Assembly: GCA_963700985.1 (NCBI GenBank)
Contig: OY969554.1
Coordinates: forward strand, 736,001-800,000
Direction: 5' to 3'
Source of the DNA: an uncultured Chlamydiales bacterium
Lineage (GTDB): Bacteria > Chlamydiota > Chlamydiia > Chlamydiales > Rhabdochlamydiaceae
Length of the DNA stretch: 64,000 bases
In this document: one piece after another, positions 29,712 through 39,714 of the stretch
How positions within the stretch are numbered: the first letter of the stretch is position 1
Layout: the number at the start of each line of letters is the position of its first letter
The notes under the pieces: model-generated
The model's input: only the letters and a program-made list of their open reading frames with translations
Database searches by the model: none
What the model was told of the DNA's origin: nothing
Made by a program: the position numbers and the translations under genes

Positions 29712-31025
29712 TTATATCCTATTCTTTATGAGCTGAACAACGCATTCAACATGCGCGGTCTGCGGAAACATGTCAAACGGTTGAATAGCGGTTAATGTAT
29801 AGCCTTTTGTGCAGAGGTATTGAAGATCGCGCGCCAGTGTTGCTGGATCACAAGAGACGTAGACGATACGGCGTGGCGCCAGGCGTGCTAGAGTTTCTAA
29901 AAATGCGCCTTCACAGCCTTTTCTGGGAGGATTAATCACAGCGACATCGACCTGTTCAAGTGTAGAAATAAATTCTTCGGCTTGTGCGCAGGTAAATCGG
30001 GTGTTTCTAATTGCGTTACGCTTAGCATTTTCCTGAGCATCGCCGATCGCATCAGGTACACACTCAACCCCAATCACTTCTTTAGCTTGTTTCGCGAGAA
30101 TTAGCGCCAGTGTGCCGACGCCGCAATAAGCATCCAGCACGATCTCTTCGCCTGTCAGTTCGGCAAATTCAGAGACGCGTTCATAGAGCTGCTCGGCTTG
30201 AGCCGGATTAACCTGAAAAAAAGAACTTGGAGAGACTTTAAACAGCAGTCCATGCAGTCGCTCTTCGATCCAATCTTGGCCTAGAAGCTTGCGGAAGTGG
30301 CGGCTGAGCACGACGTTGCTATCTGCTGGGTTGATGTTCTGCACCACGCCCTTGATTTCGGGCATGCCTATCATGATCATCTCGGCAAGCGCCAATAATG
30401 GCTCATTGCTAGCGGTGACTAAGACCACCAAGATCTCTTTTGTATTCACAGCAGTCTTGATTAAGACATGTTTTAGCTCGCCTTCCAGCGGAAATGTTTT
30501 GATGCAGCGTTGAATATGTTGAAAAGCCTTTTCACCTAATGCGCAATGGATATGACACTGATCGATGGGGATGAGATCGTGCGTATTGTGCGCATAAAGC
30601 CCGAGGCTCAAACCCGCGCCAACCGGCAACTGAATTTTATTTCGATAGCCAAGCGGCGTTGGAGATGGAATACAAAGCGCTACATCCACTCCTGCAAACT
30701 TACCGATGCGCTCGAGTGCATCGACTACGCGTTGTCTTTTGGTCTCTAATTGCTGATCATAGCTAAGATGCATCAGCTGACAGCCGCCGCACTTTCCAAA
30801 AAGTGCGCAGACAGGTTTTACGCGATGTGGAGAGGTTTCAAGATGCTGAATAACTTCAGCTCTTCCAAAGGTCTTGCGGCTCTCGGAAATGCGCGCACGC
30901 ACGAGTTCACCTGGGAGTGCGTCATCAACGAAAAGCGTAAAGCCATCTAAACGTGCGACGCCTTCGCCGTTAATACCCAATCGCTCGATGCGAAGTTCAA
31001 CTTCTTGATCAATTTGAGGTTTCAT
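29712..31025 (-). CDS. rlmD: 23S rRNA (uracil-1939-C5)-methyltransferase RlmD
   Basis: TRAM domain, CxxxxxCGGC Fe-S motif, SFFQVN, YVSCDPATLARD, DMFPQTAHVE. Confidence 0.95.
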   Translation of the reverse strand: MKPQIDQEVELRIERLGINGEGVARLDGFTLFVDDALPGELVRARISESRKTFGRAEVIQHLETSPHRVKPVCALFGKCGGCQLMHLSYDQQLETKRQRVVDALERIGKFAGVDVALCIPSPTPLGYRNKIQLPVGAGLSLGLYAHNTHDLIPIDQCHIHCALGEKAFQHIQRCIKTFPLEGELKHVLIKTAVNTKEILVVLVTASNEPLLALAEMIMIGMPEIKGVVQNINPADSNVVLSRHFRKLLGQDWIEERLHGLLFKVSPSSFFQVNPAQAEQLYERVSEFAELTGEEIVLDAYCGVGTLALILAKQAKEVIGVECVPDAIGDAQENAKRNAIRNTRFTCAQAEEFISTLEQVDVAVINPPRKGCEGAFLETLARLAPRRIVYVSCDPATLARDLQYLCTKGYTLTAIQPFDMFPQTAHVECVVQLIKNRI

Positions 31026-31147
31026 ATCGAAAATTATACTCTATAGACCAAAGATTTGCATGGAGAAAATGACATATTAATTTTTACTTTAAAGCTTCCT
31101 CTTATAGCATTGCTTTTATCAACATATTTTCTTACATTTACCGCTTT

Positions 31148-31311
31148 AGAGGGTGCCTACAAACTAGACCTTCGATATTTGGAAGCTTTTCGCGATCTTT
31201 TTCCGCCTCCTCCTCAGCCATGTCATCTCGACATTGTCTTCGTGGGAGGAGAAAAAATCTCATCGAAAAGCTCCTCAAATCTCTAAAGGGTCTACTTTGT
31301 AGGCACCCTCT
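31148..31311. mobile_element. 164-bp palindromic MITE-like element
   Basis: 25-bp terminal inverted repeats AGAGGGTGCCTACAAA(C/G)TAGACC(T/C)T, 23/25 match, with further internal dyad symmetry. Confidence 0.8.
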
Positions 31312-31330
31312 TCTTAATCTTGGATTGCTT

Positions 31331-33361
31331 ATGAAACAACTTATGTGTGTACTTTTTATGTCAATGCTCTGTTCGACTGCCCAACCTACTGATAAACAAT
31401 GGTCTCCAGCCGAGATGATGAAAGTAAAATCCATCTCAGACGTCCAGATTGCACCCGGAAATCAGGAGGTGTTCTTTGTGGTAGGCAGTGCTGTTATGGA
31501 TGATGAAAAGAGCATAAATATCTCCAGAATTTACAAAGCTCGTGATAAGGGTAACGCAGATGCAGTAGCTTTAACTGAGGCTGATAGTTCTGCGAGCATG
31601 CCACGCTTATCGCCGGATGGAAAATGGGTTGCCTTTCTTTCAAATCGAAATGGTGGCGTGAAAAATCTCTACCTTATGCATCCAGATGGCGGTGAAACCA
31701 TTAAGCTAGCTGAAGGCAAAAAAGATGTGCTCTCTTTTCGTTGGGCACCAGATAGCCAACAAATAGCTTTTGTGATGGAAGATGAAACAGCTTTAGCAAA
31801 AAAGCAAAAAGCTCCTTCTGCTGCTTATGTTTACAAAGAAGAAAAAAGCGTAAATCGCCTTTGGTTGATTAACGTTCTTGAACCTAAGCAATCTCCCCGA
31901 CCGCTTACATCAGATGAATATTGCGTACGCGGGGGTGGAGATTTTGGAACGCTCAATGAAGATTTCGACTGGTCACCCGATAGCAAAACTCTTGTTTTTG
32001 CCTACAATTCAAACCCCAGTTTAGATAACTATTATCTCGATGGAAGTTTGGCCACATTAGATCTGGCTTCAGGAAAGATCACGCCTTGGGAAAAAAAAGG
32101 GGAAAAAAAAGCCTATTATGAAGCGCTGCCGCGCTTCTCTCCAGATGGTAAATGGGTGGCCTATCTCAGCGCTGACTCAACGGAGAAGTATGCCTTACTT
32201 AGAAAGGTAACCATACGCTCTGCGGATGGGAAAAATTTCCAGCAGCTGGCACCAAATGCTATCGAAGGGCCTCTTTTAGCCGGTCCCAGCCTTTTGGGGT
32301 GGACTTCAGATAGCAAAAATGTGCTCTTCTACGAACCGAAGTGCACAAAATTTAGAATCGTAAGCTTATCTCTGGATGGTGTTTCCACAACTGACCTTGA
32401 AGTTGATGAATATTTCATTAAAGAGCCGGTATTGAGCCCCGACCGCAGCCTACTCGGATTCGTCTATCAAGCCCCCTCCATTCCACCTGAAGTGTATATT
32501 GCTAAACTGAACGAATTCAAACCTCACCAAGTTTCGCATCTCAACGATGCATTCCTGTCGTATCCGGAATTTAAAACTGAGTCAGTGCATTGGAAGTCGA
32601 AGGATGGCTTAGAAATCGAAGGCCTGCTCACTTTCCCTCCCAATTACCAGAAAGGTAAAACCTATCCTTTACTACTCGTGATCCATGGCGGGCCTCAATC
32701 TTTCTTCGATCAGACCTATTTAGGCATGTCTGCTGTTTATCCTCTCGCAGCTTTTGCTCAGCAAGGCTTTTTGATTTTCAGACCCAATCCGCGCGGTTCA
32801 TGCGGTTATGGAAAAGCTTTCCGCTGTGCGAATTACAATGATTGGGGCGGCAAAGATTTTGAAGATATTATGTCGGGTGTGGATGCTCTGATCAGCCAAG
32901 GCATCGCCGATAAAAACCGCACTGGAATTATGGGCTGGAGCTATGGAGGTTTTATGACTGCCTGGACTATTACCCAGACAGGACGCTTTAAAGCAGCATC
33001 CATGGGCGCGGGCCTAAGTAACCTGATTAGCATGTCCGGCACAACTGATCTAGTCAGTTTTATATCGGACTACTTCAGCGGTGAATTCTGGCAAAAATCT
33101 GAGCTCTTTCAAAAACGCTCGCCTGTCTATCATGTGCAGAATGTAACCACGCCTTGCCTTATTCAACATGGAACTGATGACAAGCGCGTGCCTGTTGCCC
33201 AAGCCTATGAATTTTATCATGCACTTGACAGGGCTGGGAAAAATCCCCTGTTGGTTCTCTATCCCGGTATGAACCACCGCATCTTCGATCCCAAAATGCT
33301 GCTCGAAGCCATGGAGCGCAACTTAGCCTGGTTCCAAAAACATCTCAGTGCTGAGAATTGA
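31331..33361 (+). CDS. S9-family serine peptidase (dipeptidyl aminopeptidase/acylaminoacyl peptidase), secreted
   Basis: Signal peptide from ATG 31331; SPDG propeller repeats; IHGGP, GWSYGG, HGTDDKRVP, NH. Confidence 0.93.
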   Translation: MKQLMCVLFMSMLCSTAQPTDKQWSPAEMMKVKSISDVQIAPGNQEVFFVVGSAVMDDEKSINISRIYKARDKGNADAVALTEADSSASMPRLSPDGKWVAFLSNRNGGVKNLYLMHPDGGETIKLAEGKKDVLSFRWAPDSQQIAFVMEDETALAKKQKAPSAAYVYKEEKSVNRLWLINVLEPKQSPRPLTSDEYCVRGGGDFGTLNEDFDWSPDSKTLVFAYNSNPSLDNYYLDGSLATLDLASGKITPWEKKGEKKAYYEALPRFSPDGKWVAYLSADSTEKYALLRKVTIRSADGKNFQQLAPNAIEGPLLAGPSLLGWTSDSKNVLFYEPKCTKFRIVSLSLDGVSTTDLEVDEYFIKEPVLSPDRSLLGFVYQAPSIPPEVYIAKLNEFKPHQVSHLNDAFLSYPEFKTESVHWKSKDGLEIEGLLTFPPNYQKGKTYPLLLVIHGGPQSFFDQTYLGMSAVYPLAAFAQQGFLIFRPNPRGSCGYGKAFRCANYNDWGGKDFEDIMSGVDALISQGIADKNRTGIMGWSYGGFMTAWTITQTGRFKAASMGAGLSNLISMSGTTDLVSFISDYFSGEFWQKSELFQKRSPVYHVQNVTTPCLIQHGTDDKRVPVAQAYEFYHALDRAGKNPLLVLYPGMNHRIFDPKMLLEAMERNLAWFQKHLSAEN

Positions 33362-34253
33362 TGAGTTCTTCGATCCAATAGGCAAGGTACTCTTTACCTC
33401 GGATCTTGAGGAGCCAGCTTTCTGGGATTCCTTGGACACCGAAATGTGCTCCGAGCCAGGCGCCGAGCATGCCGCCGCGTCCTGCGCTGTCGCCGCCTGC
33501 GCGTACGTTAGTGAGCAGCGTCTTCTCGAAAGAGCTCTCGCTATGCAAAGCTAAAAAGACTGCTCCAGGAAAGGTGTCGCTAAGGTGGCAGGTCAGACCA
33601 AACTTCTGCAAAACTTCAAGCGGTGCCTTATCTTTTGAATTTAGTGCTGCTTGAATACTCTGGCCTGCAATAGGATCCTTACTCTCTTTTTCAAAACTTT
33701 CGCGCAAGCTCCCGCCTTTAAGCAAGCTTTCTAAAATACGTGCGTTGCATTGCATATATCCGATTGCTTTCGGGTTGTTTTGACTGACTGCTGTCGCTTC
33801 AAGAACCTTGTTCTTAAGTTCTGGGCTGCCTAAATAAAATGCCACTAGTGGTGCAAGACGTGATGCCGTGGCCATCTCATCATCATCCGTGCCAGATGGA
33901 AGCAGATTGCGTGCCATGTTTTCTAATGTGCCACGCGTTGCGGAGTCGAGATAGCCTTTATAAAAAGGCGATCCAAAAATCCCTTTAAAGCGCTTGGAAA
34001 AATCTGCCACCTCGAACTGCTTACGTTCGGCAATAGACATGAGCATCATACGGCAGCCTTCGCCATAATGCGTCGAATCACCACTGACTTTCCCTGCGTG
34101 GTAATGGCCAGCTTTAGGTGTTTCAAAACCCTTGATCTCAGGGAATTCTTGTCTCATCTTCTCTGCATCATAGATCCAATGTGCACCCAATGCCACGGCA
34201 TCGCCTACCAGCTGTCCCCAAATCGCGCCTTTAATCCGCTCTCTCTTATCCAT
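33345..34253 (-). CDS. ADP-ribosylglycohydrolase (DraG/ARH family)
   Basis: GAIWGQLVGDAVALGAHW, GDSTHYG, AGGDSAGRG..LGAWLGA, IPESWL. Confidence 0.9.
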   Translation of the reverse strand: MDKRERIKGAIWGQLVGDAVALGAHWIYDAEKMRQEFPEIKGFETPKAGHYHAGKVSGDSTHYGEGCRMMLMSIAERKQFEVADFSKRFKGIFGSPFYKGYLDSATRGTLENMARNLLPSGTDDDEMATASRLAPLVAFYLGSPELKNKVLEATAVSQNNPKAIGYMQCNARILESLLKGGSLRESFEKESKDPIAGQSIQAALNSKDKAPLEVLQKFGLTCHLSDTFPGAVFLALHSESSFEKTLLTNVRAGGDSAGRGGMLGAWLGAHFGVQGIPESWLLKIRGKEYLAYWIEELINSQH

Positions 34254-34311
34254 AAACTAAACCTAGCCTCACTAAAATATTGTAGTAATTCTTGCCCAAA
34301 AGACCTAATCA

Positions 34312-34428
34312 AACCACAGAGGCACAGTGAACACAGAGGAAAAAACAATACCCTCTCGGCTTCGCTGAGGTTTGCGAGGCCGGAGAATGTCCTTTTCTTA
34401 ACTCTGTGTTCTCTGTGCCTCTGTGGTT
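34312..34428. repeat. 117-bp palindromic element with CACAGAG-periodic arms
   Basis: AACCACAGAGGCACAGTGAACACAGAG ... CTCTGTGTTCTCTGTGCCTCTGTGGTT (26/27 inverted match) plus inner GC-rich hairpin. Confidence 0.85.
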
Positions 34429-34437
34429 AAATTCTTT

Positions 34438-34479
34438 CTAGTGTGCACCCAAGCCACTAATCCGCTCTTTCTTATCCAT
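34438..34479 (-). pseudogene. Truncated duplicate of the 5' end of the ADP-ribosylglycohydrolase gene
   Basis: Encodes [13 protein letters not shown] versus MDKRERIKG[12 aa]LGAHW of 33345..34253; 21/22 nt identity at start. Confidence 0.7.
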
Positions 34480-34549
34480 AAAAAACCCCTATTTTTTAAC
34501 CGCTTTGCAGACTATCATAAGGCATTCAAAAGAGCTTATAAAAAATACT

Positions 34550-36152
34550 ATGACGACTGACCAAGACTCCATCCGCGAAGCCGTAGCTAAACGGCGCACC
34601 TTTGCCATCATCAGCCACCCCGATGCTGGTAAAACCACCTTAACCGAGAAGCTCCTGCTCTATTCAGGCATGATCCATACCGCGGGTATGGTAAAAGGCC
34701 GAAAAGGCCGTAAAGCAGCAGCTTCTGATTGGATGGCCATGGAACAAGAGAGAGGGATTTCGATCACCTCATCCGCCATGCAGTTCACCTACAAAGACAC
34801 CATCATCAACGTCTTGGACACACCTGGCCACGAAGACTTCTCAGAAGACACCTATCGCACCTTAACAGCCGCAGACTGCGCCATCATGGTGATCGATGCT
34901 TCAAAAGGCGTGGAAAAGCAGACCCGTAAACTCTTTGAAGTATGTCGCCTGCGAAAAATTCCTGTGCTCACCTTCATCAATAAAATGGATATGCCCGGCC
35001 GCGAGCCGCTTGAGCTGATGAACGAAGTAGAAAATGTGCTGCAAATTCACTCGTATGCGATGAATTGGCCAATTGGCAGCAGCAAAGAGTTTCAAGGCGT
35101 GGTCGATCGTGCGACAAATGAGGCTATATTCTTCACTAAAATCTCGCACGGCGGCGCACATAAAGCCGACATCTCGCGCCTGCCCTTAAATAGCGCAGAA
35201 GCCAAAGCGCGCATCGGTGAAGAGCAGTATAAAACAACTCATGGATGAGTTGGATCTTTTGGAATTGGCGGGCAACCCCTTTGCGCGCGATGAGTTTCTT
35301 TCAGGAGATGTGACTCCCGTCTTCTTTGCCTCGGCGCTCACCAACTTCGGAATTGAGCCTTTTTTCGACGCCTTTATTCACCTGGCCCCCTGCCCTCATT
35401 CACGCATGGCAAATCGCCTCGATGGAACAGAAATCGAGATCGACCCTGTAACTACACCCTTCAGCGGCTATGTATTTAAATTACAAGCCAACATGGATCG
35501 CCGTCATCGCGACAGCATGGCCTTCATCCGCATCTGTTCTGGACGTTTTGAACGTGACCTCGTGGTAAAAAATCAACGCCTGGGCCGAGAAATTCGCCTG
35601 TCACGTCCGCATGGAATGGTAGCCGGCGAAAGAACTACGCTCGATTTTGCCTATCCCGGCGATGTGATTGGCGTGATTAACCCTTCGCTCTTTGCCATCG
35701 GCGATACGATTTCAATTACGGGAGGCTTTACTTACAAACCCCTTCCCCAATTCCAGCCAGAGATCTTTGCACGCCTTCATCCCAAAGATGTAGGCAAACG
35801 AAAATCATTCGATAAAGGCATTTTGCAGCTCGTGGATGAAGGCGCCATCCAAATGCTAAAATCAGCCGATCGCGATGGGGATTTAATTTTTGCAGCCGTG
35901 GGCCAACTGCAGTTCGAAGTGATGCAATACCGTTTAAAAGATGAGTATGGCGTCGAGACGGTGCTCACACTCCTCCCCTACCATTGCAGCGCCTGGATTC
36001 TTGGAGACATTAAAACTTTTGTGAAATCTACCGACTCCAAAGTTGTGCAAGACAGACAAAACCGGCCGATGGTGCTCTTTACCAGCCAGTGGGAAAAACA
36101 GTACAGCATCAAGCAGAACCCTAAGTTGGAATTTGTCGACGTATTGGTTTAA
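34550..36152 (+). pseudogene. prfC: Peptide chain release factor 3, split by a 1-nt frameshift near 35231-35234
   Basis: [37 protein letters not shown]; second ORF continues with VFFASALTNFG, AVGQLQFEV; removing one A from TATAAAACAA fuses them. Confidence 0.9.
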
Positions 36153-36173
36153 GACTGCTTCTAAGGCAAAAAT

Positions 36174-36524
36174 ATGACACTTGAAGATAAAGTCAGAGCA
36201 TACAAAGAACTCCGCAGAAAAATCGAAGAGCTTGAAGAGCAGAAAAAACCACTTATCGAAGAGATCCTGCAACTTATGCCTGCCGATGCTAAGACGTTGC
36301 AAGTGGCTGGTTATCAGGTAAAACGCATGGTTCGCATCTCGATTCGAACCTCTCTGGAAACCGCCAAACTATTCGATTCTACCAAAATGGAAGAGGTCGT
36401 CGATAAAGAGCGGCTCAAACTGCTCTTTGAACAAGGCCATCCCATTCCCGATGTCACTCAAACTCAATTCATCAATGTAACCAAAATCAAAGAAGCTGAG
36501 AAAGCTCCTCAAGCAGATTTTTAA
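36174..36524 (+). CDS. Hypothetical protein with N-terminal coiled coil
   Basis: 116-aa ORF directly after prfC. Confidence 0.7.
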   Translation: MTLEDKVRAYKELRRKIEELEEQKKPLIEEILQLMPADAKTLQVAGYQVKRMVRISIRTSLETAKLFDSTKMEEVVDKERLKLLFEQGHPIPDVTQTQFINVTKIKEAEKAPQADF

Positions 36525-36544
36525 AGCAGAATTAAACAAGAAAG

Positions 36545-37186
36545 CTATTCGCTTTTGCGAAGAGGCACGACAATTGCCTCACCCGTGTCAATAGAGACAT
36601 CTTGGCCGGATGCGATCTCGATTAGATCATCTGCAGGCATGGCATGCGTCACAACGAGGATGTTACCGCTAGTGTATTGTTTAACAATAGAGTTGTAGAA
36701 CCCTTGGATGCGGCTCATAAGGTGTTCTGCCGATTCTACACGGTATTTTTTCGTGTAGGAAGGCTGCCAGGTAGGAAACACTGGTTTGCCTTCGAGATCT
36801 CCCATTTGGATCTCAATTAGACGTTTATCAATCATGATCTTGTCTCTGGAAATAAGCCCTTCTTGCGCCAAGATGTCAGCAGTCTGTTTTGCACGAGGTA
36901 GAGGCGAAACAAAAACGGCCACGATATTTTCAGGATTAAACCCTTGTGAGAGCAGATTTTGCGCCGTCCGCACTACTTGCTGTTTACCTTTGGCAGTTAA
37001 GCTAACTAGCATGTAGTTGGGATGATCAGGATTGGAGTTATATACTCCCTCTGTATTGTTCACAGCTTCTCCATGACGAACTACAATTAGTTGTTGGATC
37101 TGCGCTTCTTGAGAAAATCCCTGAGTTGATGCAAATAGACTCAATATGAAAACCCAGAAATAACGCATCGCCCCTCTCCAATACAT
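36545..37186 (-). CDS. Histidine phosphatase (phosphoglycerate mutase family), signal peptide; start may be 37168
   Basis: LIVVRHGEA, SPLPRAKQTA, RLIEIQMG, ILVVTH. Confidence 0.9.
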   Translation of the reverse strand: MYWRGAMRYFWVFILSLFASTQGFSQEAQIQQLIVVRHGEAVNNTEGVYNSNPDHPNYMLVSLTAKGKQQVVRTAQNLLSQGFNPENIVAVFVSPLPRAKQTADILAQEGLISRDKIMIDKRLIEIQMGDLEGKPVFPTWQPSYTKKYRVESAEHLMSRIQGFYNSIVKQYTSGNILVVTHAMPADDLIEIASGQDVSIDTGEAIVVPLRKSE

Positions 37187-37279
37187 AAAAGACTATACCT
37201 GCTTTGTACTTCTGGGTGGATTTCTTGTCACGGCTAACCTAAAGTTTTGTGTTAAATCGCATCTTGATCCAAGGGAAAA

Positions 37280-37555
37280 ATGGCTAAAAAAACAGAATGG
37301 AAAGTCTACATTATCCAAGCAGAGTCTGGAAAACTCTACACTGGGATAACGACTAACTTAGAACGTAGGCTTGGAGACCATAAGAAAGGGCGAAAAGGCG
37401 CACGATTTTTTCGCTTTTCTCCCGTGGGAAGCATCGTCTTTCATGAATCTCATCCCAATCGCTCGGAAGCAACCAAGAGAGAGATTCAGATCAAAAAATT
37501 AAGTCGAAAAGAGAAACTCAACTTAATTAAATACTTCCCGTCAGCAGTAAAATGA
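37280..37555 (+). CDS. GIY-YIG nuclease family protein (UPF0213/YhbQ-like)
   Basis: WKVYII...LYTGITTNLERRL..H..G.KGARF, A.KRE..IKKLSRKEK. Confidence 0.9.
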   Translation: MAKKTEWKVYIIQAESGKLYTGITTNLERRLGDHKKGRKGARFFRFSPVGSIVFHESHPNRSEATKREIQIKKLSRKEKLNLIKYFPSAVK

Positions 37556-37654
37556 TGATGATGATCAATACGATATCCAAAAGACCTGATTGACTCAGGT
37601 CAAACCTACAAGTAACAATCAATCTTATTCTTAAAAACGTGTGTAAACGGAGAA

Positions 37655-38197
37655 TTAATGCAGCTTTCTCGTCTTCTTTAAATGCTCATATTCTGCCCAA
37701 ATCACCAGGATTACAAGCGCATCAAACGCATTGAATAGCCAGAGAAAAAGCGAAGGAGAATAGAACATTTGCACGACTTGATAAACGAGCAATGCGAATA
37801 AAAACACCAGAGCGTAAGGAAATGCTCTTTTAATCCTTAAAAATAGACTTCCTGCAATGACAATTTTAATAAAACCATTGCAGACCAAAACCACGATTAT
37901 GAAGTTCTTGATATCCGTCTCAAATACTTTTGAGGCTGCATTTGCAAGTTTATGGAAAGTGTGGTTAGAGATGTTGAGAACGTTGTAGTGTGAGATCTTA
38001 GATATTAAATTTAGCAGGTGCTCTTTTTTTAAAAAGATAAAAGCCAATCCACCTGCAAGTTCGAAAAGACCATCGATGCCTTTTATGATCATTGACAAGT
38101 TGAAAAGAACTTGAAATAGCTTCTGCTTAGACCGATTTTTCATTTTGCGCCCTTGCTGCATTCTTCCATATCGCATACTCGTGAACAATGCAACCAA
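37655..38197 (-). CDS. DUF2127-like membrane protein (start probably ~38143)
   Basis: IKGIDGLFELAGG, several TM helices, FDALVILVIWAEY. Confidence 0.75.
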   Translation of the reverse strand: MVALFTSMRYGRMQQGRKMKNRSKQKLFQVLFNLSMIIKGIDGLFELAGGLAFIFLKKEHLLNLISKISHYNVLNISNHTFHKLANAASKVFETDIKNFIIVVLVCNGFIKIVIAGSLFLRIKRAFPYALVFLFALLVYQVVQMFYSPSLFLWLFNAFDALVILVIWAEYEHLKKTRKLH

Positions 38198-38270
38198 AAC
38201 ACAAAACTATTAACTTGCGAGGAAATTTCTAAAAGCTAAGGATGAGATTAGGGACACAAGGAGAGATAGC

Positions 38271-38420
38271 ATGATTCGCAAGCTTAGATCAGGAGAATAT
38301 CGCTTATATTCTCGTAAAATAAATCCAAAAACAGGAAAGCGCCGCAATCTAGGTACGTTTAGTACAAGAGCAGGCGCTGAAAAACATGAGCGCGAAGTTC
38401 AGTACTTCAAACATCATTAA
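38271..38420 (+). CDS. Small basic 49-aa protein not in the ORF track
   Basis: AAGGAGAG RBS; MIRKLRSGEYRLYSRKINPKTGKRRNLGTFSTRAGAEKHEREVQYFKHH*. Confidence 0.8.
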   Translation: MIRKLRSGEYRLYSRKINPKTGKRRNLGTFSTRAGAEKHEREVQYFKHH

Positions 38421-38425
38421 ATCAC

Positions 38426-38614
38426 TTATTTGCTCGTGCTCTTTTTAGGCACTTTTGCGCCTTTTTTTCTGGCTTCAGAAAGACCAATTGCAATAGCTTG
38501 TTTCCGGCTTTTCACTTTCTTTTTGCTCTTGCCAGATTTTAAAGTCCCCGCTTTCATTTTGTGCATTGCGGTCTTTACGCTTTTGGATGCTGCTTTTCCG
38601 TATTTTTTCGCCAT
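38426..38614 (-). CDS. Small Lys-rich protein, DUF6496-like
   Basis: MHKMKAGTLKSG...KVKSRKQAIAIGLSEARKKG; start ATG 38614. Confidence 0.85.
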   Translation of the reverse strand: MAKKYGKAASKSVKTAMHKMKAGTLKSGKSKKKVKSRKQAIAIGLSEARKKGAKVPKKSTSK

Positions 38615-38796
38615 AAAATATCCTGTTAAATTTAGATCACACCGCAAATTTTTAAAATGATTAGCAAGCCGATTGGCACTCCAAGCAGCCACAAAATTAA
38701 CATCTTGCCTATAAACACACCTCTTTGTTGATACCGAATTCTGTTTTTTAGATATCAGGTTAGGACATTTATTAGGACGAGATTCTTATAAGAGGG

Positions 38797-39714
38797 CTAC
38801 TGAAGAATATCATTCAGTTGCGGCAATTTATGCAAAGATGAAGGCAATTCTAAGATATGATTTTCCCTGAGATTCAGCAGCGAAAGAAGCGATAAAGATC
38901 CGATTTCATCGGGAAGATATGTTAGCTGGTTTTTATTGAGCTGAAGACATAACAACTGTGTAAGCTCTCCTAAGCGCCTAGAAATACTTGTGAGTCGGTT
39001 TTGAGCAAGATGAAGCAATTCTAAACGTTTTAGCAACCATATCTCTTTAGGAAGATCTGTGAGCATATTAGCTTCGAGATACAGAAACTTTAGTCCTGTT
39101 AGAAGCCCAATTTGTGCAGGCAGCTGCCGCATACCAACATTCCTCAAAACGAGATCGCGAATTTGTTGCATCGCGCTGCCATTTATTTCCGACCAATTTT
39201 TCAAAGCTGCAGCTCGCACACATAAATCTCCTTCGGTTCTTTCTAAGATGGCTTTTGCAGAAGGTAGCTGTCGAGAAACTCCTCTAAAAAACGCCACAAA
39301 ATCTGCCGCCTCTGCAAATTTTGATAGCCTACAAGGATCGAGCGCATTAGGAATACCAGGTGTCGTACAACCACACTGTTTCAAACGCGCTAAAACAAGT
39401 GCATGTACAGCTTTAATCAGAGCTTCAGAATAGAGATCTGGAGCGCACTCTCTGAGATAAATTTTCAAAACGGGATCTCGCGTGTATGCATTCACGAGAA
39501 GTTGGTAGACTGCATCAGAAGTAATCGATGTAAGAGTCGCAAAGCCTTTCGATATCTGCGCAGTGATGTGCGGAGCACACAAAAATCCCAGAACCAGATT
39601 TGTTGGATCTATGCCAACTCGGCAAAAATTACCAGACAAAGTAACAACTGGCTTTTGCTCACATTCAGCACGAAATTTCTTAGATGAATCTGTCGCAGAA
39701 AGTCCGCATGCCAT
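38797..39714 (-). CDS. Leucine-rich repeat protein (effector-like)
   Basis: About five 23-aa LxxLxLxxNxLxxLPxEIG repeats in C-terminal third. Confidence 0.9.
   Translation of the reverse strand: MACGLSATDSSKKFRAECEQKPVVTLSGNFCRVGIDPTNLVLGFLCAPHITAQISKGFATLTSITSDAVYQLLVNAYTRDPVLKIYLRECAPDLYSEALIKAVHALVLARLKQCGCTTPGIPNALDPCRLSKFAEAADFVAFFRGVSRQLPSAKAILERTEGDLCVRAAALKNWSEINGSAMQQIRDLVLRNVGMRQLPAQIGLLTGLKFLYLEANMLTDLPKEIWLLKRLELLHLAQNRLTSISRRLGELTQLLCLQLNKNQLTYLPDEIGSLSLLSLLNLRENHILELPSSLHKLPQLNDILQ

Noticed and set aside
31056-31434. ORFs 31056..31286, 31138..31434 and the long N-terminal extension of the S9 peptidase
   Set aside because: Produced by the palindromic MITE; a signal peptide starts at 31331
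34068-34430. 120-aa ORF with a Cys-rich end (LCSLCLCG)
   Set aside because: Antisense to ARH; the tail is just the CTCTGTG repeat translated
35231-35248. prfB-style programmed +1 frameshift in prfC
   Set aside because: No slippery codon adjacent to the stop and no properly spaced internal SD; kept only as an indel finding
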